From: Octopus vulgaris
Lineage: Eukaryota
Reading direction: 5' to 3'
Length of the DNA: 64,000 bases
Assembly: GCA_951406725.2 (NCBI GenBank)
Contig: OX597821.1
Coordinates: forward strand, 76,632,001-76,696,000
Shown: one piece after another, positions 1-10,746 of the stretch
Layout: the number at the start of each line of letters is the position of its first letter
Position numbering within the stretch: the stretch's first letter is position 1
The notes under the pieces: generated by a model
Database searches by the model: none
What the model was told of the DNA's origin: nothing
Seen by the model: the letters and a program-made list of their open reading frames with translations, nothing else
Translations under genes and position numbers: made by a program

Positions 1-232
1 ATCTCTGTCGGTACCCCTCTTTGATCTCTGTCGGCACCCTCTTTTGTCTCCGTAGGTACCCGTCTTTGATATCTGTCGGCACCCCCTTTGATCTCTGTCG
101 GTACCCCTCTTTGATCTTAGTCGGCACCCTCTTTTATCTCTGTCAATACCCCTCTTTGATCTGTCGGTACCCTCTTTGATCTCTGTCGGCATCCCTCTTT
201 GATCTCTGTCGGCACCCCTCTTTGATCTCTGA
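1..232. repeat. Minisatellite, ~22-23 bp unit ATCTCTGTCGG(T/C)ACCCCTCTTTG
   Basis: About 10 tandem copies visible directly. Confidence 0.9.
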
Positions 233-397
233 GGCCTTGAATGGTGTAAAGTAATCTTGTTATCAGATCTGACGTTCATCAAAACATATATTAATGAAAT
301 ATTATAACCTAAGCAATTACCGTAAATACATTTACCGTAAATACATTTATTTATGCACATACACACTGCGAAATTGGGAAAGAATATATATATATAA

Positions 398-790
398 TGG
401 CGCAGGAGTGGCTGTGTGGTAAGTAGCTTGCTAACCAACCACATGGTTCGGGGTTCAGTCCCACTGCGTGACATCTTGGGCAAGTGTCTTCTACTATAGC
501 CCCGGGCCGACCAATGACTTGTGAGTGGATTTGGTAGACGGAAATTGAAAGAAGCCTGTCGTATATATGTATGCGTATATATGTATATGTGTGTGTTTGT
601 GTGTCTGTGTTTGTCCCCCTAGCATTGCTTGACAACCGATGCTAGTGTGGTTACGTCCCCGTTACTTAGCGGTTCGGCAAAAGAGACCGATAGAATAAGT
701 ACTGGGCTTACAAAAGAATAAGTCCCGGGGTCGAGTTGCTCGACTAAAGGCGGTGCTCCAGCATGGCCGCAGTCAAATGACTGAAACAAG
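398..790 (+). mobile_element. tRNA-derived SINE (family A, CORE-like body)
   Basis: A-box TGGCTGTGTGG, B-box GGTTCAGTCCC, CORE-like TTGGGCAAGTG, internal (TA/TG)n, 3' tail GGCGGTGCTCCAGCATGGCC..GACTGAAAC. Many other copies in the window. Confidence 0.85.
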
Positions 791-804
791 AAGAAGAAGA
801 ATGT

Positions 805-1148
805 AAGCATTTTCAGAGATTTATAGCCAAAAAATAACAAAAAAATGCATTAAAATTGGAAAAAAAATTATCGTAAATTTTTTAAAAATTGTTGACTCAT
901 CGTAGACATTTTTAGAGAGTTAGTTCCCTTATATAATAGCGAAAAAAATGCATTAAAATGGAAAAACATGATGGTAATTTTTTTTAAAATCGTAGACTCA
1001 TCGTAGACGCGCGCTAATACCCGGAAGGGCTCGATATGAATCACGACTATAAGATACCCGCTTTTGGTTACACTGCACCGCAAAATGTGGGAGTAGTTAG
1101 GAATCTAAATCGTAGGAGACAGACACACAACTTCACTTTTATATATAA
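805..1148 (-). mobile_element. Non-autonomous Helitron-like fragment (3' end missing)
   Basis: Minus strand begins TATATATAAAAG..TGTGTGTCTGTC; shares GCATTTT..TATAGCCAAAAAATAACAAAAAAATG with 1201-1241. Confidence 0.5.
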
Positions 1149-1149
1149 A

Positions 1150-1512
1150 CTAGCAGTATCGCCCGGCGTTGCTCAGGTTTGTAAGGGAAATAACTATAAA
1201 GCATTTTTAGAGAGTTATAGCCAAAAAATAACAAAAAAATGGAAAAAAATTATGGTAAGTTTTTTTTTAGTTAAAAAAGGTGGAGTTGCGTCCCCTAGAC
1301 AGTTTGCGGTTTGTGTTTCTGATTCTCGACCCCATGTCGAATTTATCGATTTTTTTCAGAACTGGGGGAACTTTTCAAAATTTTCGCTGCGTTAGTTTTG
1401 AATTATGACATTGGGCTGTGTGTGTCAAGTTTCATCAGAATCGGTTGAAAGCCGTGGTCAGGGTGAGGGTACAAGCAAACAGACACACAGAAACACGCAC
1501 AGACAAACTGCC

Positions 1513-1545
<33 letters not shown>
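1150..1545 (-). mobile_element. Non-autonomous Helitron
   Basis: Minus strand: 5' TCTATATA..., (CTGT)-like microsatellite, AACCGATT..TGAAACTT motif, subterminal hairpin CCTGAGCAACGCCGGG, 3' CTAG followed by T. Confidence 0.7.
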
Positions 1546-1549
<4 letters not shown>

Positions 1550-1572
1550 TTAAAATTACTAAGTCTCTATAT

Positions 1573-2141
1573 ATCATCCTCCTTTTTATTCTAAGAACAC
1601 AATCATTTCTCTCTGTGCAGTCATACAAAAGACCATATTTAGTAAATCTTAGAACTTTACTAGCCACAACTTGTTTTCTTTTCTTTTTGACTCTCCCTGA
1701 ACATTCGAAAAAGTAAACATTCTTCTTCCCATTGCAAAAGTCTTATTGTATTTTCCAAATGGACAGACAAACGAACATATACCCACACACATATGTATAT
1801 GTATACTCACACACATATATTATCTGATATTCACGTCGATGATTTTTTTAAATTTCTGACTTCAATTGTGTTGTTGCAATAAAAGTTGTGTTTACGTATT
1901 TGGGTAATATATCAAAGTTTTTAAGTATTCTTGAGATGTTCGTTTGTCTGTCCATTTGGAAAATACAATAAGACTTTTGCAATGGGAAGAAGAATGTTTA
2001 CTTTTTCGAATGTTCAGGGAGAGTCAAAAAGAAAAGAAAACAAGTTGTGGCTAGTAAAGTTCTAAGATTTACTAAATATGGTCTTTTGTATGACTGCACA
2101 GAGAGAAATGATTGTGTTCTCAGAATAAAAAGGAGGATGAT
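1573..2141. repeat. Long inverted repeat: 206-bp arms (1573-1778 / 1936-2141), 157-bp spacer
   Basis: Arms are reverse complements; only one mismatch seen. Confidence 0.95.
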
Positions 2142-2819
2142 GTTTACATTTTCGAATACTCAGGGGGAGAGGAAAGGATACGTTGTAGATATTAAAGATT
2201 TTTTGGGGTTTTTTTTGTATTTTAAGCTGACCGTTTGTGTGTTCGATCGCTGTAAGTATGTAAGTTTCCTAACTTATTTTATTTTGAAGGAAATTTTAAA
2301 TATTTACAGGGAGTTGTAGATATTCAAGTCTTTGGGAACAGTAGGATGAAGAGCAGGTTCACCTTGTTGGGATTTTGAATTTCTGAATTTCTTTTTCTTT
2401 TGGAATTTTTCTTTTATTTTAAAAAGTTTTGCTGTGGTTTACAGTTTTTGTAGTTGCGCAGTATGTATATATTAGCAGGTGCTTACTTCCATAATTTTTT
2501 TATCGTGCATTTAATTGTGTTGTTATAATAAAAGGCATTTTTACATATTCTGATAGTCAAGGAAGAAGGGACGTCAAAATGTTCACACAAAATTGAAGAT
2601 ATTTATGTTTCTAATTTTTTTTGTTAGGTGTTCGTTTGTTTGTCCAAAGCTGTAGATATGTAAGTTCCTTAACTTATTTTGAGGGAAATTCAAATTACTC
2701 ACAGAAAACAGATCTTCCAGTTTTTTACAGTTGTTTTACAGTTGTCCTGCTGGGTTAGCTGTTGACAGGTCACAGCAGCGAAAAACACGTCCAGCCTCTG
2801 TCCCGTCCAACCGCCTTCT

Positions 2820-3050
2820 TCCCAGGACGTTTTCGACCAATTTTCCAGGAAGTAAGAAAATCCTCGGTAATTCCCAGGCAGTTTCGACCAAACTTCCCGG
2901 AAGTTAGAAAATCATCGGAACATCGCAGAAATTTTTCGATCAATTTTCCAGGAAGTTAGAAAATTCTCGGAATTCCCAGGAAGTTATCGACCAAATTTCC
3001 CGAAGTTAGAAAATCCTCGGAACTTCCCAGACAGTTTTCGACCAGTTTTC
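2820..3050. repeat. ~52-bp minisatellite (TTTTCGACCAA..GGAAGTTAGAAAATCCTCGGAAC), left block
   Basis: Periodic TTTCGACC anchors. Confidence 0.85.
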
Positions 3051-3051
3051 A

Positions 3052-4195
3052 GTTTGGCGAACCGCTAAGTCATTTTATCGATCTCGTTTGTCGAACCGCT
3101 ACGATATTTTATCGATCTCGTTTGGCGAACCGCTACGTCATATTATCGATCTCGTTTGTCGAACAGCTACGTCATTTTATCGATCTTGTTTGGTGAACCG
3201 CTACGTCATTTTATCGATCTCGTTTGGCGAACCACTACGTCATGTTATTGAACTCGTTTGTCGAACCACTGTCATTTTCTCGAACCCGTTTGTCGAACCG
3301 CTACATCATTTTATCGATCTCCTTTGGCAAACCACGACGTCATATTATCGATCTCGTTTGTCGAAACGCTACGTGATTTTACCGATCTCGTTTAATGAAC
3401 CCCTTAGTTATTTTATTAATCTCGTTTGGCGAACCACTAAGTCATTTTATAGATCTCGTTTGTCCAGCCGCTAAGTCAATTTATCGAACCCGTTTGACGA
3501 ACCGCTACAGCATTTTATCGATCTCATTTGGCGAACCGCTACGTCATTCTATCGATCTCGTTTGTCGAACAGCTACGTCATTTTATCGATCTTGTTTGGC
3601 GAACCGCTACGTCATTTTATCGATCTCGTTTGCCGAACCGTTAAGTCATTTTATCGATCTCGTTTAGGGAAACGCTACGTCATTTCATCGATCTCGTTTG
3701 TCGAACCGCTAAGTCATTTTATCGATCTCGTTGGGCGAACCGCTAGGTCATTTTATCGCACCCGTTTGTCGAACTGCTAGGTCATTTTATCGAACCCGTT
3801 TGGCGAACCGCTACGTTATTTTATCGATCTCGTTTGTCAAACAGCTAAGTTATTTTATCTCGTTTGGCGAACCGCTAAGTCATTTTATCGAACTCGTTTG
3901 GCTACGTCATTTTATCTATCTAGTTTGTCGAACTGCTACGTCATTTTATCGATCTTGTTTAGCGAACCGCTAAGTCCTTTTATAGATCTCGTTTGGCGAA
4001 CCTCTAATTCATTTTATCGAACCCGTTTGGCGAACCGCTAGGTCATGTTATCGAACTCATTTGGCGATCGGCTACGTCATTTTATCTATCTCGTTTCTCG
4101 AACTGCTAAGTCATTTTATCGATCTCGTTTGTCGAACCGCTAATTTATTTTATCGATCTCGTTTGGTGAACCGCTACGTCATTTTATCGATTTCG
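3052..4195. repeat. 34-bp minisatellite CGCTACGTCATTTTATCGATCTCGTTTGGCGAAC, left block
   Basis: GAACCGCTA recurs every 34 nt (e.g. 3059, 3093). Confidence 0.95.
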
Positions 4196-4730
4196 ATGGA
4201 TGGATTGATGGATGGATGGATGGAGGTAGATATTTAATGGCGGATGGATGGAGGTATTTAATTAATGGTTGATGGATGGATGGATGGATGGATGGATCGA
4301 TGGATGGATGGAGATAATTATTTAATGGCGGATGGATGGATGGATGCAGGTATTTATTTTATGGCTGATGGATGGATGGATGGATGGATGGATGGATGGA
4401 TGTTTGGATGAATGAATGGATGGATGGATGGATGGATGGATTGATGGATGGATGGATGGATGGAGGTATTTATTTAATGGCGGATGGATGGATGGATGGT
4501 TGGATGGATGGATGCAGGTATTTTTTAATGGCAGATGGATGGATGGATAGTTGGATGAATTGATGCATGAATGGATGAATGGATGGAGATAGTTATTTAA
4601 TGGCGGATGGATGGATGCAGGTATTTATTTAATGGCGGATGGATGGATGGATGGCTTGATGGATGGATAGATGGATAGATGGATGGAGGTAGTTATTTAA
4701 TGGTGGATGGATGGATGGATGGAGATAATT
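4196..4730. repeat. (GGAT)n compound microsatellite with TATTTAATGGC interruptions
   Basis: Direct reading. Confidence 0.95.
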
Positions 4731-5103
4731 ATTCCAGACATTCCTCACATTCCAGACATTCCTGACATTCCAGACATTCCTCTCATTCCAGAATTCCTCA
4801 CATTCCAGAATTCCTCATATTCCTGACATTCCAAACATTCTTGACATTCCAGATATTCCTGACATTCCATAATTCCTCACATTCGAGACATTCTTGACAT
4901 TCTAGACATTCTAGACATTCCAGACATTCTAGACGTTACCTCATTTCAAGCCATGTCTGGAATGTCAGGAATGTGATGAATGTCAGGAATGTCTGGAATA
5001 CCAGGAATGTCTGGAATGTGAGGAATATCCGGAATGTCTGGTATGTCTGGAACGTCAGGAATGTCAAGAATTCTGGAGTGTGAGGAATGTCTGGAATGCC
5101 TGG
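4731..5103. repeat. 9-bp tandem (ATTCCAGAC)n followed by its reverse complement (GTCTGGAAT)n
   Basis: Orientation switches near 4950. Confidence 0.85.
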
Positions 5104-5104
5104 A

Positions 5105-5575
5105 GTTTTATCGTTCTCGTTTGTCGAACTGCTACGTCATTTTATCGATCTCATTTGGCGAACCGCTACGTCATTTTATCCAACCGGTTTGGCGAACCAC
5201 CATGTGATTTTATTGATCTCGTTTGGCGAACCGCTACGATATTTTATCGAACTCGCTTGGCGAACCGCTACGTCATTTTATCGATCTCGTTTGGCGAACC
5301 CGCTACGTCATTTTATCGATCTCGTTTGGCAAACCGCTACATCATTTTATCGATCTCGTTTGGCGAACCCGCTACGTCATTTTATCTATCTCGTTTGTCG
5401 AACCGCTACATCATTTTATCGATCTCGTTTGTCGAACTGCTAAGTCATTTTTTAAACTCGTTTGGCGAACCGCTACGTCATTTTATCGATCTTGTTTGGC
5501 GAACCTCTGTCTCATTTAATCATCTTGTTTGTCGAAACGCTACGTCATTTTATCGATCTCGTTTGTCAAACCGCT
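5105..5575. repeat. 34-bp minisatellite, right block
   Basis: Same unit and orientation as 3052-4195. Confidence 0.95.
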
Positions 5576-5970
5576 ATGCAGTTTTCAACCAAACCTCCCG
5601 GAATTTAGAAAATACTCGGAACTTCTCAGGCAGATTTCGACTAAACTTCCCGGAAGATAGACAATCCTCGGAACTTCCCAGGAAGTTTTCGACCAAATTT
5701 CCAGCAAGTTCGAAAATCCTCGGAACTCCCCAGGAAAATTTCGACCAATTTTCCCGGAAGTTACAAAGTTCTCGGAACTCCCAGGCAGTTTTCAAACAAA
5801 CTTCCCGGAAGTTAGTATATCCTCGAAACTTCCCAGGAATTTTTCGACCAATTTTCCCGAAAGTTAGAAAATCCTCGAACTTCCCAGGAAGTTTTCGACC
5901 AAATTTCCCGGAAGTGAGAAACTTCTCGGAATTTCCCAGGAAATTTTCCACCAAATTTCCCGGAAGTTAA
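5576..5970. repeat. ~52-bp minisatellite, right block
   Basis: Same unit and orientation as 2820-3050. Confidence 0.85.
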
Positions 5971-5973
5971 GTC

Positions 5974-6029
<56 letters not shown>

Positions 6030-6074
6030 CATTATCATCATCATCATCATCATCACCATTATTATTATTATGAC

Positions 6075-6122
<48 letters not shown>

Positions 6123-6151
6123 GATTATTATGATTATTATTATTATTATTA

Positions 6152-6192
<41 letters not shown>
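5974..6192. repeat. (TTA)n microsatellite
   Basis: Direct reading. Confidence 0.95.
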
Positions 6193-8125
6193 GACGTCGC
6201 ACAGTATACAATATCGTGAGGTTGTTGATTGAGGATATTGTGTCTACCGGGGGTTTGTACTGTTTGTCAAGTCACCGCAAGGACCTCAGATAGACAGTAC
6301 TTTATGCAATAAACGTGCAGTTCCAAGTAATGCCGACTTCTTCAATACATCTAGACCGTAGGGTATTTCTAAAGTTTTCAGATGTTTTTTTCAGATTGGG
6401 TGGTATTGAACCCAATGCTCCGATGACAATAGCGACAACCCTTATGTTTGACTCTCGTAGCTGCTACATGTTAGCGATCTCAATTCTCAGGTCTCCATAT
6501 TTATCAATCTTTTCTCTTTCTTTTATGATGATATGTTTATCTCCTGGCACTGCCACTTCAATTATTAGGCACTTTTGTTTGTCCCTCCTAAAGGTTACTA
6601 TATCCGGCCTTCGGTGCTCTAACACTTTTTCTATTTGGAAATCAAAGCCCCAGGGGATTTTTGCCTTCCCCTTTTTGTCCATTACATTTTCCGGTGTATG
6701 TTGGTACCAAGCACCCATGACCTCATATCCATACTTACGGCATAGTAACCAGTGGAGGTTTTGGGCTACTTTGTCGAGTTTACGCTTGCACTCTCTGCAC
6801 AAGACTTTCACAAGCACTAACAATGTGAGTCACACTTTCAACCCTTTTTCCACACATTCTGCAGACGTCTGTTGCACTTGTGTGGCATATATTCTTTTCC
6901 ACTGAGTTGGTATTCAATGCCTGGTCCTGGACCGCGATGATTAGGCTTTCAGTATTTCTATTTCAGGTCACCTTTTTTAAGTCACCTCCATGATACTTCC
7001 TGGTCTTTTTATCTGTTAACTTCACGGTGGAACTGACCATTTAATTCCATGTGGAGTAGGGCTTCTCTCTCGTTGGCTGTTCTTGATCGGAATTCATAAA
7101 AATTCTCAAGTCCATTTTTGTTAAATCCTTCAGCATTAGTAGCTTACTGCAGCAGGTCTTGTTTGCTGTTCACCAAATATTCTGCCATGTTTCTTCTCTC
7201 ACTGTTGATGCACTCCCGTACGCTAATTATCCTACGTCTACCCTTACCTCTCTTCATGTAGAGCCTGTGTACATTTGTCTTAGAGTGGAAGGAACCATGC
7301 ATTGTCATTGTCTTTCGGGAGTGTGCGATCAAGTTGGTTAATGTCCGCTTGCGTCCATCTCAGGATGGGTGCATTATAGCAGAGTACAGCAACCGCCTAT
7401 ATGTTAATGGCAGTCACAAGGTACCTTGAGTTGAGTTTTGATTTCAAGAGAAGTTTAAGGCCCTTGAAATATGCAGTGATGATCTTGTCTTTCATTTCTT
7501 TATGCATGATATTGTCAAGTTTTAGGATCCCATATCTACTTGTACCCACCATCATCCGTGTCTTCCATTCTCTCTCCGTTTGGCAATTCTATGCTCCTAC
7601 AATTTACTCTTTTCTCCCGCTTCAAAGTAAGCATCGCATATTCCGAGATACCGAATTCCACCCCTATATCCTTGCTACACATTTGTACAGTCTCAGCCAG
7701 ACTCTCCAGTTCAGGCTCTGTTTTTGCGAACAGTTTTAAAATCATCCATGAAGAGAAGGTGGTTGAGACGAAATCCGTTTTTTCTCAGCTCATAGAGCGC
7801 GTTGACTTTGCGTAGGACTACAGAAAGTGGGATCAAGGTTATAACAAATAACAGAAGTGAAGAAGAGTCTCCTTGGAAGATACCTCTTTTGATTGTTACC
7901 TCGGTTAAGTGTTGGTTGTTATAGGAAAGGCGTGTTTTCCAATTAGACATGCTGTTCTTAATCAGTGCACACACGTTCTCATCTCTTCCACACATGTCGA
8001 GTGTTTCCAAAATCCACGAATGCGGCAACATGTAAGCCGTTTTGAAGTCTATCTAGGCCATGCGTAAGTGTTTTTGGTACCATTTACAGTTCTTCATTAT
8101 AACCTCGTCTAGTACAAGGTGGCTC
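6193..8125 (-). mobile_element. Degraded, 5'-truncated R4/Dong-clade non-LTR retrotransposon (RT + RLE endonuclease)
   Basis: Fragments RGIFQGDS..LLFV, HLLFMDDFK, LYMKRGKGRR and RRPDIV..LIIEVAVP..EREKIDKYGDL; multiple frameshifts. Confidence 0.85.
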
Positions 8126-8139
8126 TATTATTATTATTG

Positions 8140-8305
8140 CGAAATGCCTGGCAGTATTTCGTCTACGTTCTGAGTTCAAATTCCTCCGAGGGCGACTTTG
8201 CCTTTCATCCTTTCGGGGTCGATAAATTAAATACCAGTGAAACACTGGGGTCGATGTAATCGACTAGTCTCCTACCCACAAAATTTCAGGCCTTGTACCT
8301 TTAGT
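8140..8305 (+). mobile_element. Short SINE-like repeat (family with TTCTGAGTTCAAATTCC..CTTTCATCCTTTCGGGGTCGATAA)
   Basis: B-box-like GAGTTCAAATTCC; related copies at ~10060-10270 (+) and ~52690-52860 (-). Confidence 0.6.
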
Positions 8306-8434
8306 AAAAAAGATTATTATTATTTTCTCTTTATAACAGTTTTTTTTGGGAGCTGCTGGAGTCTTGCATGCGTAGTGGGCTTACTACCTGCAGCCTGCGG
8401 TACCATGCTATTCATTCTTTTCAGCTATCTAATA

Positions 8435-8518
<84 letters not shown>

Positions 8519-8815
8519 CTTTGCTCAGCTTCTAACGCTGGAGATGTACTACAGTGCCAGCTGTTCACTACCAGGGAACTATGGTAACACCCTTTATTTT
8601 TCGAACACCATCCGAAGTATTCGACCGGTTCCAAGTGCTCTACCATTATTGCAGCCCCTATTTGTTCCTTGTACTTCTCAAGATTTTTACTCACTGTTCC
8701 CAGGGCTCCGACAATTATTGGTACTATTACTACTACTACTACTACCACCTTTTTCATCGACCACAACTGCTTAAATTCCCAAGCTAACCTGTCATATCTA
8801 TCGACTTTTCTTTTA
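8519..8815 (-). mobile_element. R4/Dong 3' fragment
   Basis: LWSMKKV..VPIIVGALGTVSKNL C-terminal RLE signature; flanked by (TTA)n on both sides. Confidence 0.75.
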
Positions 8816-8820
8816 TTACA

Positions 8821-8902
<82 letters not shown>

Positions 8903-9162
8903 AAGTTCAGTTTTTTGTAAGATTACAACTATCAACGGTGCAGGCGATTAACGTAAGTGTTAAAGCACCGGACAAAATCCTTTATGCTATTTGTTCCGAC
9001 TGTCTGTGCTCTAAGTACAAAACCTTCCGAAGTCAAACATTTCTTTTCACCGTTCCGATATCAATTAAAGAATGTGACAATCAAATACTGGGACCTCTTC
9101 CTCCTCAAATTTGTGCCGAAAGAAGACTTCATTATTATAGCTATACTCTTTTTACTCTTTTA

Positions 9163-9324
9163 CTTGTTTCAGTCATTTGACTGCGGCCATGCTGGAGCAC
9201 CGCCTTTAGTCGAGCAAATCGACCCCGGGACTTATTCTATCGGTTTCTTTTGCCGAACCGCTAGGTGACGGGGACGTAAACACATCAGCATCGGTTGTCA
9301 AGCAATGCTAGGGGGACAAACACA

Positions 9325-9374
<50 letters not shown>

Positions 9375-9546
9375 CATATATACGACAGGCTTCTTTCAGT
9401 TTCCGTCTACCAAATCCACTCACAAGGCATTGGTCGGCCCGGGGCTATAGCAGAAGACACTTGCCCAAGGTGCCACGCAGTGGGACTGAACCCGGAACCA
9501 TGTGGTTGGTTAGCAAGCTACTTACCACACAGCCACTCCTACGCCT
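9163..9546 (-). mobile_element. SINE family A
   Basis: Reverse complement of 398-790. Confidence 0.85.
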
Positions 9547-9774
9547 ATGGATATTATTGCTCTCACTTTACCATGCAGGATGGATGACTGAACCGATAGA
9601 TGGTTGGACAATTTACATGTAGGGTTTCGGTTGCGTCTATTTATATTCTAACATCGAATCTCATCTGGGTACATTTTGCTTTTCACTCCTTCATTAGTCG
9701 AATAAATGGGTATCAGTTGATAAATCCAGTCCTGAGAGTCGATATAATCGATTAAAAACCTTTGACAATATACA

Positions 9775-10043
9775 TGTAGCTTTGTTAAACTATACGCAAA
9801 CAACCTAATGGAGACGAGAATACATTTATAAAAGGTTTATTACTTTACGTACATCGGGGGCTTAAGTCGCCAATTATTGCTGTTTAGTTCGTTCGTTCAG
9901 ATTCGTTTCATATTCACTGTTGACATTCTTCTGTTTTCCTTCTCCTACTGGAAGTCCTTTTCGTTTAGCTGCTGACCAACATCCTAGCTAGCCTGCAGCG
10001 AAGTTTCTGTCTACGGATCATCTGTCGCGAATCCTGCTCTACA
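9775..10043 (-). mobile_element. Solo LTR (4-bp TSD, Gypsy-like)
   Basis: TGTAG...CTACA termini, TACA TSD (9771-9774 / 10044-10047), minus-strand AATAAA; related copy starts at ~20310. Confidence 0.7.
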
Positions 10044-10384
10044 TACATGCAGATTAAGGAGGAAAGCTGGCAGAATCATTAGCACGCCGGGCAAAATGCT
10101 TAGCAAGCATTGCGTCCGTCTTTATATCCTGAGTTCAAATTCCGACGAGGTTCACTTTACCTTTCATCCTTTGAGGGTAGATACAATGAGTACCAGTTGA
10201 ACGCTAGAGGTCGATGTAATCGACTTACCCACTTCCCCGAAATTTGTGGCTATGTATCAAAATTTGAAACCGATGTACATACATTTTTGCTTTTTTTCGT
10301 TACCTCTCATACCTCAATTGTATGCTGTTTTGTTGCAAAGATACTTGCATTTGTAGCCATTGCATGACACATAATGTTCTGAAC

Positions 10385-10396
10385 TTATCTTTTCAG
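10385..10396 (+). promoter_or_regulatory. Putative splice acceptor for the GPCR-containing exon
   Basis: TTATCTTTTCAG|G ending at 10396, followed by unique sequence leading to the ORF. Confidence 0.5.
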
Positions 10397-10746
10397 GGCC
10401 ACTGAAGACCTTCTTTCTACAGACATGGAGCACGTAATGAATAGAATTAGCTTTCCGATTCTGTCATTGTACTCAGCAAAGAACTCACAGTAAACGCATA
10501 AAATTTATCATAAAATGAGAGAAATATTATCATTTTTCCGAAAATCAGATTTTACAATGGAAGTTGAATTTGAGGATTTCTTCGTTCTTTCGGTGCATGT
10601 GGAAGATTGATATAATAAACTGCAATTCAAATCGATTTACACACAACAGACGTGAATGTTTCCTACATTCCATTACGAATATAGCTTGATTAATCAAAGA
10701 CATTAGGTGTATTAGCGCTTACTTTTACTGTTAATTTCCATTAAAC

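Noticed and set aside
3052-5575. CRISPR-like regular ~34-bp repeats
   Set aside because: No unique spacers, no cas genes, eukaryotic context; it is a tandem minisatellite
5080-5970. 296-aa ORF
   Set aside because: Translation of the 34-bp and 52-bp satellites
6315-6905. 196-aa plus-strand ORF
   Set aside because: Antisense shadow of the R4 retrotransposon
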